This document shows, piece after piece, positions 33,649 through 48,316 of a stretch of 64,000 nt of DNA (positions within the stretch are counted from its first letter, which is position 1; each line of letters starts with the position of its first letter). Below the pieces are notes generated by a model, which saw nothing but the letters and a program-made list of their open reading frames with translations, was not told the DNA's origin and did no database searches. Made by a program: the position numbers and the translations under genes. Origin of the DNA: the human T2T-CHM13v2.0 reference genome, Homo sapiens; the NCBI GenBank assembly GCA_009914755.4, contig CP068257.2, positions 224,001 through 288,000 of the forward strand. The letters are read 5' to 3'.

Positions 33649-36600
33649 TTAAAATATGAGCACTAATAGAGTTTAATAGCTAAAGAAAATGTCCTATTAA
33701 CTGTATCATAAGTAAAAGAGAAATGAAATGGTGATAAGTGGTGTCTCTAACCAAGGGTCAGCAGTTGATTCTATTGGAAGTACCACTAAAGGAGCTGAGT
33801 TATGAGTTCCATTTTAACATACTCTAAGACCTGAGGCAAGTCAGGAGAGAGGGAAGAAGAAATGAATAAAAGAGAAAGAAAGAATGAGGAGGGCAGAGTG
33901 TACATGGAATAAATAAAAAAAAGTGGATGTATGTAATGGAGGGTAGTAAAGTCAAATTGATCTGTAGAAGAAGGAAGAACAGGGTGTTAGAAATAGGAAG
34001 GAAGATAAAGTGAGCTTCCAGTACCAAAATGTGTCATATAATTACAGTAACATTTTCCTTCTCTTGCTGTCATTCTTGCTACTGGGGAGGCATTAAGGAT
34101 TGAGGTACTTTACCATGCAGACCTGTGTTTTATCTACCATAGATGAACATCACCGTAAATGGTCAGCCATGTATGGCTATAATTTGTTTTTATAGAAAAT
34201 GAAAAGAATAGTGTTGGGTGATTTATTGGGAAGAAATTAATTAGAGAAGCTTTGCCTGATTAAAAGTTCATTAGAAACATTATGGCTTATAACGTAGTAT
34301 TAAATTCAGGGACATAATAGGAAAGAAGTTGAGGCTAGGCCAAAAAGGCCAATTAGGGTAAACCAATATGGAAGCACACCAGTGTAGAACAGGGCATTCA
34401 AATTGTCATGAATTCGTTGAGGAGCTTCTGGAAAGTGCACATTCTGACTCAGCAGGTATTGGAGTCTGCATTTCTCATGAGCACTCAGGTGATGTTTGTG
34501 CTGGTCCTTGGACACAGCTCTGAATAGCAAGGGAATAGCCTTCCTTTAGAGAAATCTGGAAAAAGAACCACTGGAGAGCAATTTAAAAAATAACAGAATC
34601 CAGGGAAAGCTTTAATTTCCTTTTATTTCTGAGCATGATTCTAGCCACAAGGGAAGGAAAATGAGATGAAAAAAGAGAGATTACAGGTGTATACTACTGC
34701 TGAATACAGATGAAAAAAGTGGTCACAATCATCCATAAAAAGCAGTTAGGAAGGGAAGCATCAGGATGACAGTTCTGATAATCATTTTTTCAAAGGAAGA
34801 GGGATGGTGAATGGACACAAAAGGAGGAAAGAAAGACATTTGCTGGGGTCTTGGGAGTTAAAGCCAAGTAAACTTGAGACAACTCACTTCCAGTTGCTTC
34901 AGCATATGCCCAGTCTCACAAAAGAGGTTATTGCTGTGGAGAGTACTGGAGACAGGAGGGAGTGCTAGAGTTGGGGTAAACCACAGCAGCTCATTTCACT
35001 TGATAACTGTCAGGCCTCAGGGAGAGAAGTTTCACTGACATGAGTGAATAAGATATGATTAAGTTGCATATAGATGCTTTGGCGAAATTTTTTTGAGACA
35101 GCCAGTTCTTTGATATGATAGCTGTTTTATAAAAGTCCTTTACAGTGTAAGATAATATACCAAACTTAGTTAATTTTAGAAGTAATCATAAAATTCATTC
35201 CATGAAAACCAAAATTATCATTTTCAATAAATACTGCACTGATTTTGAAATATAAATATGTATTAATATCCAGCAAGTCTGTGGTCATTCAATGTTTTCT
35301 TTTTTGATAAATATTTTGATATCAGAAGCTTATTCGACATGGTTTATTTGATGTGTTTTATGGACCACCTTGCATGAGTGGATCAAGGAGCTCTAATTCA
35401 AGGCCAAATGAGGGGATAGGAGAAATGTAGGTGCTGCAGTAGCCCATGTGATCATGGGAAAAATGAGTACTTTGATTAGCTGTTATTTCATAAGTGTGTA
35501 TCCTAGCTGATCAATGTAGAACCCTTTCTTTGATGAGAGGTGAATCCCACATTCACCTGAACTGTCATCCCAACTGAGTATTTCCTCAGTGACAAGACAA
35601 GGGGAATTTATTTGTGCTGTGCTGGCAGCAATGCCTCTGGTGTGTGGAGCTTTACCTATTAAAGTGTCAGTTTCTGTTTTAACTTCAGAGGCTTGCTGCT
35701 AGTGTTATTACACTGATGATCTGAAGCTTATCAGATGTTCTAATGAGCAAGACTGTGTGTGTAGGTGTATATATAGATGTGTGTATGCGTGCGCTTGTGG
35801 CATCTTTCACTATTACAAATGACGAAAGTAATGATTCATTTATGACTGGTAGACACAGTCTCTTAAAATGGTGATTTTGAGCCTTTTTAGTGTTAAAGTT
35901 TTTAAAACATGATTGCATAGAGGCTACCAACATCATAAGTTGGTTGTTTTTCATTTCAATGCCCTTTTGAAATCTTTAACTACATTGTGATGCCCAGAAA
36001 TAATATGCAGAATTTTTTGTGTCCTAAAATAGTATGTGAGTGGTTATATACTTTATATATCTTTCTACCACTTTCTTTGGTGTGTTTTGTATTATATTTT
36101 CCACTTGTACCCACATTGGTGTGATTATCTCTGGTTTAATTCATTTTACACTGTTCATTGTATTCCCTCATACCACTTTACCACATTTAGTTAGACTCTC
36201 CTGTTGCTGATAAATGAAGAAATAAAAAGAAAAATAATGTCAGTTTAAGAGGGCTTTTCTTTAATCAGTTTGTATCTATTAGCATTTACTATATGAGAGT
36301 TTAAACCTGAAAAGTTCAGAATACAAGCATGCACCACCATATTTTATTAATGCCCTTAGAACTATGACTCATGAGACTTTAGCCTATGAAGTTAGGACAA
36401 TTCATTTCTCTGAAGAAGAATGCTGGGCTGTTCTCAGAAAAGAAAACTGAAAATAGCAAATGATATTGTCTTATTTTACCTCTTGGACATCCTTGAATGA
36501 AACTGCTACTAAAGGGATACTCGGATCAAAATTCAGATCTAATGTTTTGAACAGTATAGTTTGTGAATGTCCAGTGATCATGAGCCCTTGATGGGGAAAT

Positions 36601-36788
36601 GACCTTTCGAGTTTCACTTTTGCATTTTTTGCTCTTTTCGTTGACTTGTCTTGAAAGCTTAAATTCAACTATTTTATTTTTACAGAAATCAGGAATATAA
36701 CTTTTAAAATATATGTCTGTCCTGTCTCACGGTGTTGTGTACTCTTCAGATCTTGTATGAACATAGACTTATATGGGAACAATTAGGT

Positions 36789-37092
36789 TTTTTGTTTGTT
36801 TGTTTGTGTTTTTGAGGCAGAGTCTTGCTCTGTCACCAAGGCTGGAGTGCAGTGGCTCAGTCTTGGCTCATTACCACCTCTGCCTCTCAGGTTCAAGCAA
36901 TTCTCCTGCCTCAGCCCCTAGAGTAGCTGATACTACATGCACGTGCTACCATACCCTGCTAATTTTTCTATTTCTAGTAGAGATGGGGTTTCACCAGGTT
37001 GGCCAGGCTGCTCTTGAACTCCTGACCTCAGGTGATCTGCCCACCTCGGCTTGCCAATGTGCTGGGATTACAGGTGGGAGCCACTGTGCCAG
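36789..37092 (-). mobile_element. Alu
   Basis: Antisense Alu: GAGGCAGAGTCTTGCTCTGTCACCAAGGCTGGAGTGCAGTGGCTCAGTCTTGGCTCA... Confidence 0.85.
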
Positions 37093-38863
37093 CTACAAAT
37101 AAGATTTTTAAGGCTATTATATTTTATACAATTCTTTGGTCTATGTGAATTCTGAAGGTATTCATGCATTGAGGGAAGATTATCTCAGTTTAATGAAAGC
37201 AGTTTTTAATTTAAAGTATATTCATTAAAATTTTTTTTGAAGTTTTTTTCTCTAGTACACAGAAACACACAATAGTATCATGGGTATTTGACCTTAATGT
37301 GTTTATGCACAAACTTAGTTATTCAAATATTTTCCTATCCCTGAAGAATCTTAATTACTAATAAACAAATTTCTCATGGAAAACAACATATATAACAGAG
37401 ATGGTTGAGTGATTGAAAGTAAACTGTAGTAAATACCAGAAGCTTAGAACAAGTTAAGTAAACTTGTCTGAGTTAATAGCAATTACAAGACTTTTAAAAT
37501 ACATTGGACCACGGGGGAGTAGTGCATTTGTGGGGTAGAGGACAACATGGTACTGCTTCAGTGAAGAAAGAACTATTACACCTTATTACAATTTGTATTA
37601 TTATTTACATTCTAATAAATAAAAACTTTATTTTCAGATATTTTACATCATGTTTCTACTAGTTGAACCATCAATAGTAAGACTTTTCAAAGATTTGGGA
37701 AGTTGTGAGTTGATGATAAATATCTGTATCACCATCAGTGATCAAAAATCAGACAGCAACTACCATAGACTTTGGACATGCGAACTTCATAGTTAAAGAA
37801 AGGATTAATCTTGGAGCTGTGTTTCTATCAAGGAATTACACTCTTCATTACCTGTGTGAATCGCAGTTATTAGAGTAGAAAGAGAGCAAAGAAGGGAAAG
37901 AAGCATAGAAAATTTTATTCTAGATTACCTCGTTTGGCTTCATGCTACCATAGTTCTGACTTTTAAAGAGTCATTTTGTGGTCAAATATACTTTGTGTTC
38001 ACTCCCCTTATGCAGCCTACAACCAAACAGAATGGTTCTTAGCAAGGCATTTGTATTCTTCCCTTAAGGAAAGCAACATATAAATAAGAAAGGGAATGAG
38101 AAGAAAGAGTGATTTCATTGAGGTTGGTATTTAACATAAATTTGAGTGCAGGTACCATGATTATATTTAGAATTTTGTGGCTGGATGGGAAAACCAGCTA
38201 GATGTCTATAGATTTCCTACTCAAACACAATGTGCCTTTGTTTTACTTTTACGTCTCTAATTTAGCAATTATTAGGTACAACTGTATGCAGTGTCACTAA
38301 AAATACCTCCCAAAACCAAATATTAAATAATGTCTATGGCTTTCTGTTTTATAGTGTTGATTTTCCCAATATTAATGGGAACCACTGAGCATTTGCCTTG
38401 TGGTGTCTCCTCAGCTGTATTCACATATTCCATCACCTTTTCTTAATGGATAATCACGCACTATGAGTAAGGGTTTTCAGAAAAGCTGTGTCATTTAAAG
38501 ATAACACAGGAGCATCAAATTTAATTCTGCTAGGACGCCTGGTCTACTGATTAACTGCAGCTAATATGAGGTCTACTTCACATCCAAGTTAAATTCAGTG
38601 CCCTTAATCAGTCATATGATGAGGTCAACAGTAATAAATTATGCAATATTTTTTCACCCACCCCTATAGTTTTAATTTCTTTTTCCCCTTATGTCTGTGT
38701 TTAACATTTTGCTTTGCAAAACATGATGATAATCTTCTAGAGTAGTGAGGACAAGCTATAAATCCAAAGTTTCTTACCTATGCAAATGACTTGTTTGCTC
38801 TATTTTCTCATGAGCTTGGTAGATCCAGGGAACAGAACTTTTAAAACAAAATCCCCATATGTT

Positions 38864-39364
<501 letters not shown>

Positions 39365-39631
39365 TTATTCAATAGAAATTCATTCTTATAATGGCCACTG
39401 ATACCTATATCCTAAATATTTCTGAAAACATCTCCTCAGGCCTGCATCATCTTTGCAACATTGCCTTATATTTTATCTTTGTTCATTGATTTATATGCCT
39501 CAGAATTTTATGCTCCTCACAGTATTTAGAGTGAATTATCCCTAATGCAAATAGATCCGTGAATCACTCCTGAATACCTAATGTCTAAGCATCTTAAAGG
39601 TTTATATAAGGATTTCAGAAACTGACTTCTG

Positions 39632-39929
39632 GGTTGGGCACGGTGGCTCATGTCTGTGATCCCAGCACTTTGGGAGGCTGAGGCAAGTGGATCATTTGAG
39701 ATCAGGAGTTCAAGACCAGCCTGGCCAACAAGGTGAAACCCCATCTCTAATAAAATACAAAAATTAGCAGGTGGTAGTGGCACGCGCCTGTAATCTCAGC
39801 TACTCAGGAGGCTGAGGTAGAAGAATTACTTGAACCTGGGAGGCCGGGTTGCAGTGAGCTGAGATCATGCCACTGCCCTCCAGTCTGGGAGACAGAGTAT
39901 AACCTTGTCCCAAAAAAGAAAAGAAAAGG
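39632..39929 (+). mobile_element. Alu
   Basis: GGGTTGGGCACGGTGGCTCATGTCTGTGATCCCAGCACTTTGGGAGGCTGAGGCAAGTGGATCATTTGAGATCAGGAGTTCAAGACCAGCCTGGCCAACAAGGTGAAACCCC... Confidence 0.9.
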
Positions 39930-40483
39930 AAACTGATTTCTGCCCAAATCTCCATCTGTATCCCTTTCCCCATCTGCCTTTTTCTCTGGAATTACTGAGC
40001 TGCTGGTAATGGCCCCCTCACCATTCCTCTTCTGCAGAGAAATACATACGCTCTTGGAGGCTTCTCTTCCTCTCTTGTTGCTGCCTGGCATGTGCTCACC
40101 CTTTCCTGCCCTCTGCCTCGCTTAATCTGGCTAACCTCACTCTCTAAGTCTCAGCTCATGGATGATCTTTAGGAAAGCCATCCCTGACAGCTTCTATTTT
40201 CCTTTCTTATTCCCCAGTGCCTAACACTTAGCAGGAACTCAATAAGTAATTATTTAGCAAAATTAAGACTGCTTATACAAAGATGATTCAAAAGATTATC
40301 CTCTACAGTCTAGCAGCAAAGGGGTCAACATGTAAAGACATGATGTGCAGGTCAGGTGGTAAAGTGACACTAGAAAAATTGACAAGGTACTAAGGGACCC
40401 CAACGAAGCAGACACCTGTGTGTGTGGAGAAAGATACCTAGAATCAAGGAAGATTTCACATAGCATTCTGAGCCTTTTTTTTT

Positions 40484-40767
40484 CCTCTTTTTGGAGACAA
40501 GTTCTTACTCTGTCACCCAGGATTGGAGTGCAATGGCATGATTGAGACTCACTGAAACCTCAGACTCCTGGGCTCGAGGGATCTTCTCATCTAAGCTTCT
40601 TGAGTAGCGGGGACAACAGGAACATATCACCATACGTGTCTAATTTTTTGTAGAGTCAAGGTTACCTATGGTTCCCAGGCTGGTCTTAAACTCTTGGCCT
40701 TGAGCAATTCTCCCATTTTGGCCTTCCAAAGTGCTGGGATTACAGATGTGAGCTATTATGCCCAGCC
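40484..40767 (-). mobile_element. Alu
   Basis: Antisense Alu: TTGGAGACAAGTTCTTACTCTGTCACCCAGGATTGGAGTGCAATGGCATGATTGAGACTCACTG... Confidence 0.85.
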
Positions 40768-41262
40768 TACTTTCTGAGTCTTAAAAGATGAAAATAAATT
40801 TTTCAGAATAGCAGGGGAAAACATTTGTGATGTAAAAAATGGGGTGCACACTAATTGAGGTATAAACAACAATAATTTTGCAAATTATTAGTAACTGCCA
40901 ACTCAATTAGTGTCTTGTTAAAAAGATACTGTTATGAAGTATAATAAAGCATTACGTTGTATATTTTGACTGTATTTCAAATTTCTGTTTTGTTTCCAAC
41001 AGTTTTGTTGACTTATGTTGGGTGGAACAATTTGTGAGTGACCCTGAGATTTTACATGGCTTGAATCTGGTGATATCTGGTGTCTCCCCAAGTGGTTTGT
41101 TGAAGTTTTGGATAATTAGAAGTATTTCTTACAGAAGTAAATATTTCAGTAAACATTGTTTCATTCAAACTCTCAAAATATAAAATACAAAGAAATGTTA
41201 TTCTTTATTTATTTTTATAAAGATTATAGTCCTTATCTAACTCTTCTTAGTTCATTTGAACT

Positions 41263-41355
41263 AAATCAATGACTTTGTCAACAGAACAAACCTTACCAGT
41301 GGCTTTAGAGGAAGAGCAAGAAAGGTGTGAAAGAAGTGAAAAGAAGCAATCACAG
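41263..41355 (+). pseudogene. ANKRD20A-family exon; its 5' boundary is uncertain
   Basis: TCAATGACTTTGTCAACAGAACAAACCTTACCAGTGGCTTTAGAGGAAGAGCAAGAAAGGTGTGAAAGAAGTGAAAAGAAGCAATCACAG|GTATAT translates to SMTLSTEQTLPVALEEEQERCERSEKKQSQ. The recalled ANKRD20A sequence is ...TLRAEQALPVASEEEQERHERSEKKQPQ. Confidence 0.65.
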
Positions 41356-44300
41356 GTATATGAAAATTTAAGTTCTTGTTTAATATTAGGGTTTTTTTTT
41401 GCTTTACTAACAAAGCATAGTCCAAATGACATGACCTTTCAGACTATACCTTTAGAATCCAATAGATCATAATTTTATATTTAATTTTTAAAACATCTTA
41501 ACCAGTTATGAAACTTAAGATATTCTTACTATCTCTAGTAACTATTAGTTATTCTAGTAATTCTTAGTATCTCTAGTAATTCATAGCTGTATTTACCCTT
41601 AGAATTGAGGCAAGAAATCTTCAGAATTATCTTGCTGTTTTATTTATATAACCTTACTCATAATACACAAGGTAACATGAAGTATTGGGTCATATTACTG
41701 AGGAATAGAAATTATGAACAGTTTAACAACAATGGCCACTGAGTTAAACTAGTGTTAAAGGAGTCATCATTGCCAGTGCTTCAAATGTTGCAGTTTTATA
41801 TTGCTGGTCACCAGTGCCGAGGTTAAAGATTTATTCTGTTTTGTGGTCACCAGTTGACTTCTGTGTCTGTGTTCAGGGAGTGAAAGGGGTCATAAAAGTC
41901 AATGCAGTTGCCTATTAAGAGAATCCTACCTTGCAGAATGGGACCTTTGGTGTCAGGGTGTGAACAATAACTTTATTTCAACATAAATACATAGTAAACA
42001 TTACTGAAATTTAAAAAATCCAAACCCTATCACTACTGGAACTTAAAATATATTAGAAGTGGATATAAGCAGAAATTCTATCTAGATACATAACACTATC
42101 ATAGTATATCATTTGAATTAGAATTTAAAATTTTACTTCTCTTTCTTATTGGTGTTCAGTTTAGCTCTTAATAATTTAGTGTTTGCCTAGTGCTCTAGTT
42201 AATCTTCAGAAATAAACATGCACTGTAGGGGCTCACTCTTTCTGGTATGCTGAGGTAAAGTCTTTGTAAGAGAGGAAGCTTTTATAATACTACCTATCAT
42301 CTTTGAATTCATTTCTGGTAGATTTTACACAAATGCATTAAGTTTAGTCCAAACAGACAGTGAGAGTTCAGCTTGCTGGTTCATGTTTCTGTCCTATGTT
42401 AAGCCAAAGTAAATTATTTTTCACTTTTTAGTTACAATCCCATAATTTAAGAGTAGCAACACATAGATTAAGTTTCACAGTTAAATTTTAATTATTTTCT
42501 AATATTTCTTTGTTTATACATGATTAAAGCTAATTTTAAAACATGCACTCTGACAGAAAAGACATCTGAGAAACAAAACAAGCAAATTTGTTTTCCATTT
42601 TGCACCTGCCCCCCACCAAAAAAAGTCTCAAGAACCAGAACTGGGTAAGAACAGTGATAAAGGGAATCAATCTATATATTCATGACTTTCTTTAAAATTT
42701 ATTACAAACAAGTTCAAGCTGAATATTGGTAAAAGTTCTGAAAACTCCAAAATTACTACTTGCCCTGAGGAAGAGCTCCTACATGGTAACTCTAAAGAGG
42801 GATGAACAAAAAAGGAGTGCCCTCTAGTCTGATGAATCATGTCCCTGATTGTGAGGAGAAAAATGTATCTGGAGGGTCTAGCTCTGTGGCAGTCCAGGCA
42901 GCGCCTGAACAGAGGAAGCCCATGTCAAATGTCTTTTTATTCCATTCACACTCCAGGTCCCTGAAATACACTTACCAGTCATCTTCTAAGCTTCATTTAA
43001 TTTAAAATAAATCAGACTATAAAAATGATAACAAACCAGACACACAGCTTGTTTCTAACACAGATGATGGAAATTTTTGTTATGATATAGAAACTGAAAA
43101 AGTAAGGAACCCAGTAATTATGATTGAAATGAAAGATGATTAAGAGTTTGACATGCAAATGGAAAAATATATAAACCCAAATACCACTAATTGGAAATTA
43201 GGCATTGGTCTCAGTCTAGAGATCCAGATAGCCTTTTTGATTTGTGGTTTACCCACCCCAAAGAAATGAAGCATATGATTCAGATAGAAAGTCACAGTAT
43301 TTCTGCTGCTACAGATACTTATAAAAACAGAAAACCAACACAGTGCTTATTCCAGAAGCCGCTGTATGACAATCCCAGTGTTAATAACTACAAAACCATG
43401 AATCTTGAACTATAAAATGCGGGTTATTCTTTGCCACATAGTGAGAGAACATCAAAAATATAGCTAGAAGACTTACAGCAAGATATTTCAAGGTCACCAA
43501 GATATCACATATATACATATGTAACAAACCTGCACATTGTGCACATGTACCAGAACTTAAAGTATAATAATAGTAAAAAGAATGAGGTAGGCATGTTACA
43601 AGTAGAGCTCCTGGCTTTGGAGAAACAGAAAGTCCAACTTCAAAAAGACAGAGGTTCACTTGCTGCTTCTTTTTTCTCTTTATCAATTATTTGATTTAGT
43701 CAAATTTTCTATTCAAGAAAATCTCATGTGTACAGTTACAGCGGGGTTTTCTAAATGTGTAATTATGTGTCAAAGTAGATTAGTCCTGCTATCTAAACAA
43801 TGGTTCTGGAGAATGTTCTCATAATGTTTCTTCATTAATCAACCTAAGTCTCACTCTCAGTCTTCCAAGTGGCATATGAGCTGGGAAACTAATTCAGCCA
43901 TATACCACGTGACCTTCTGAATGAGATCAACATAAAGAAATTGCTAAAGAAATAAGCTTTAGATTCTAGATTCTTTTTTCTGTATTCATTTAGAGATGAA
44001 TTACATTTATTTAATGATAGAATGGGAATACAATGGGAGGGAAGCAATGACTGAGACGAGCCACAAAAACACGTCTAGCCTTGAGAGTTGCAATGAATAT
44101 TCCCAGCCAAATGAGTCTGTTTAATGTATTTTCATGCATGCAAGTTCATCTGCTTAGCTCAAACTGTTTGAACTTATAGTTCCATCATGGTTATTTCCAA
44201 TATTTTGAAAACAAATATATACTTCCACATATTTTAAAAAATCACCACTCCAATATTTCTGTTGAATCAGTCCTTACATTATGTTGTTTAATAAAGTATC

Positions 44301-45393
44301 ATAAGTTTTGGCATGTGTGATTTTTATCATGTAAGAAGCATAATTTCTTAGATAAAAATTTATCCTTTGATTCTTTAGTAGAAAGTTGAGTTCTGTACAT
44401 TGTGTCCTAAAGATAGACAAAATCTAGAGATTTTCTTCTTCAAAGTAAAAGCAGATGAGGCCTTTTTCCACCCTCTGAGGCGTTAAATTGCTTTGCTCAA
44501 CTTAGACTTTTAATATATCTGACTAATTTGATAAATTTATTTGGTAATTTATGTAATTCAGCAATATGGAATTGTATCATGTTATTTGGTGCCATGAAAT
44601 GCTAGAGAATGCCACCTCAAGAGCTCTCGATGAAACATTTCATATGTCTTTGTTAGTTTGACTCCCATTTTCAGTAGATAATGGGGCTAAAGTAGATAAC
44701 TGTACCGTATGTTTTCCACCTATAAACTTTTCTGATAATTGAATGTGAAATCTGGGAAGCATGTCGTTTTCCAGAATTCTGCACTGGAAACTCAGCAGTT
44801 TCACTCTGCTTCTTGTGTTGTGGCAAACTTTGGTTCCCATAGTTCAGGGAGAACTTTCACTTTTTTGATATCCCAGAATTAAAAAAAAAAAGAGATAAAA
44901 GGCAGTGGGGAAAAGAATAGCTCAGTGTAGAAAAGGGAAAACTTCTTTACTGTTCCTGAAGCCCTACAAGGTCACATCCTCTTAATCTGGCTATTTCATG
45001 TAAAATCCAGGTGGCAATGACAGAAGATATATGTTATGCCTGTGTCTTTTTATTTCTCTGTTTCTGCCAGTCAGATAACATAAATATTTATATCAGATAG
45101 CAAAGAGTGGATGGGAATAAAAGCACAAAATGGAGAAGAGTCCTTTTTGAAATTTTGGAAAATTCTTCTATTCACTCAAACAGAAATGAGCAGACTTGAC
45201 AAAAATTTCAATGATAAAATGATGAGTATCTTATAATTATAATAATTATGTATAATGATAAAATTAAAGTAAGCACAAAATATTTTTATCATTAAAACGG
45301 TGATAGTTAACCTGAATCAAGTGAAAAAATCAGGGAAAAACTTCTTTTTATTGAATAAAATAATAATTATTATTCATATTACTTTTGTTAAAG

Positions 45394-45557
45394 GTCAAAG
45401 AAGGAAATAATACAAACAAAAGTGAAAAAATACAACTATCAGAAAATGTATGTCATAGTACATCTGCTGCTGCTGCTGACAGATTAACCCAACAAAGAAA
45501 TATTGGGAAAATCTATCCTCAGCCTTTTACCAAGAAGCTGAAGGAAGAGCATCATAG
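45394..45557 (+). pseudogene. ANKRD20A-family exon with an intact reading frame, AG acceptor and GTAAGT donor
   Basis: Flanks are AAG|GTCAAAGAAGGAAAT and GAGCATCATAG|GTAAGT. The translation matches ANKRD20A at ~85% identity. Confidence 0.75.
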
Positions 45558-45603
45558 GTAAGTAAGCCTATAGCAGTGTTTATTTATTTATTTATTTATT
45601 TAT

Positions 45604-45938
<335 letters not shown>

Positions 45939-46939
45939 TAAACTAATTCAAAATTGGACTAATATTCCTTATGATTAACAAGTTTTATATTTTTACCAGA
46001 GATATTTAGCCCTGCCTGGTAATCAGAAAAGTGCAAATTAACATAAAATAAGATATATTTTGTAAAGTCATGCTGGTATTGAAAAAGTAATTACTACCAT
46101 TGGCAAATGTGAGGAAAAAGGCATTCTCATACACTGTTGGTATATGAAATTGGTAAATTATTTCTGAAGGGTAACTTAGTGCTGTGTATCAAAATTTCAA
46201 ATAACCTGACATCCCTTTAACTCAACAACTCCACTTCTGGGACTAGATTTCACAGGAAAACATAACTTGTGTAAACATACACTTATTAAGGGCATTAATT
46301 ATATATTACACATAATGAACAATAGCTTAATAAATACATAAAATATATGTAATAAGAAGGTGAATTGGATGTATTAAGAAAGAATTATAAAAAGTGTGGG
46401 GTAACAGATGTTAGACCCTTTAGCCTAGTTTTAGTTGACAATCATCTGCAGATATAGTTTGTGTGAGAGACATCTTACTCTGTAAATCATTTGGAGAGAC
46501 ACCTGCAATATTTCATAAAGATGAAAATTTATTTCTAGTGAACTTATACGCTTGTCAATAAATAGTAACTTTAAAAATTTAGTTGATTGTAAATGACCTT
46601 TTCTAATCGGGGAGTAATTATGACTGTGTGATTTGAAAAGGTAATTTTGAAATTCTAACTATACTGAATTATCTCCAGTATCCTTTTTTATAATATATGC
46701 TAGAGTGACTAGTAACAAAAACTTCAGCAGAATATTCTTTCCTTACTACTTTTCAAGTATATGCATTCTTTTGAAGATGTTGAAGTGAGAGATTAAATAT
46801 CTGAGAACTAAAAAGGAAAAATAATTCAGAACACAGAAATTTTATTAGGATGATAAAGAGCATCTGCAGAGGTAGATCACAGGATGAACTCTTTATTTTT
46901 TAACAAAATGAGTTTTAAGATAAATGTCTTTATCTGCAG

Positions 46940-47119
46940 ATGCATCTTAAGATAAGAAAATAAAGAAAAAACAAATGTTAATATGCTGTACAAAAAAATA
47001 GAGAAGAATTAGAAAGGAAAGAGAAACAACATAAGAAAGAAGTTGAAGCAAAGCAACTTGAACCAACTGTTCAATCACTAGAGATGAAAACAAAGACTGC
47101 AAGAAATACTCCAAATCAG
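46940..47119 (+). pseudogene. ANKRD20A-family exon carrying a nonsense codon (CAA to TAA), a 1-bp frameshift in an A-run, and a mutated splice donor (expected CAG|GTAAAT, observed CAG|ATAAAT)
   Basis: ATGCATCTTAAGATAAGAAAATAAAGAAAAAACAAATGTTAATATGCTGTACAAAAAAATAGAGAAGAATTAGAAAGG... translates to CILR*ENKEKTNVNMLYKK, then frameshifts to NREELERKEKQHKKEVEAKQLEPTVQSLEMKTKTARNTPNQ. The recalled ANKRD20A sequence is CTLKQENEEKTNVNMLYKKNREELERKEKQYKKEVEAKQLEPTVQSLEMKSKTARNTPNR. Confidence 0.7.
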
Positions 47120-48052
47120 ATAAATCAATCTTTGGTAAAAATTCTATATTTTAAACTATTTTATGAAAGTTTCTTCTAATATTCTCTTGATTTAATATAT
47201 AATATTTAGGTCTAAAACAAACCAGAAATGTTATCTCATTTTTAAAAAATGAATGATGCCACTTACAGGTACAATTATTAATATTTATTATAAATCTTGG
47301 CATCCACATAAGATATTATTTTATAACAAAGAGCTTTTGAAAACAATAATATGCCATAGTATATACTTAGTGATAACCTATTGATAAAGATTCTGTTCCC
47401 AGTAAAATTGTTCCTTGTACTTTCCCCTATTTCATATTGATTACTGTACCTAATATTATAAAGAGGAAACAAATTATTGCAATCACAAATAATCTCATGA
47501 TATTCTAAGAAGAGCTCTATAAATTTTATCTTATTTACCATTGGTGTTTTGAAATAAAAGTTTTCTTCCATATGGATATATTTACACCACAGAAGTAACT
47601 GTGATATGTCAGAGAACTAGAAGTAGAGTCAGAAGTCCTGGGGAAAATCCTGTAGCTTGCTTATATTTTTAACATTTCTTTTTCAAAATTGTGATAACTA
47701 GATGAGTTCATCAATGAATGTATATAGGAGTGACTAGTATAATGTCTAGATTTATGATTTAGTAAATGTAATTCTTACGACTGAATATAAAAGTGTTAAA
47801 AGAGTCAAATTGAAATAGAATGTTATCAGCGAAACAGAACTGTAATAACTCTGGGAAATTTTATCTGTCCAAATACGTGTGAACCAAGGTTCTTACTATA
47901 GGGTGGTGTATGGGTTAGATATCAAAGTGGAAATGCAATTTTTTGATATATTTTAATTTAGTCAAATTTGTTAATGCTTTAATTTATGATTTTCAGTTTG
48001 TTGTAATTCAAGGAAAGGCTTTTCCAATTCTGAAATTCTCAAAAATTCTCTG

Positions 48053-48055
<3 letters not shown>

Positions 48056-48103
<48 letters not shown>
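48056..48103. repeat. (GT)24 microsatellite in the pseudogene intron
   Basis: An uninterrupted GT run. Confidence 0.95.
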
Positions 48104-48104
<1 letters not shown>

Positions 48105-48316
48105 ACTTTTATAAATTCATTGACTTTAAATAAATTTCTGAACTTTTTGGAATTTATGCTCTATAAGGTTCAAAGTGTTGCTTCAACTTTGTCTCCAGTT
48201 GGATATCCACTTACAGTAACCTTTTTAGTGTATGGATGTGCAGGTTATTCTTTAACTTCAGAGGTAATCACGATATTTTATTGAGTACTAGCTAAAACTT
48301 TCTTTAGTTTTATTTA

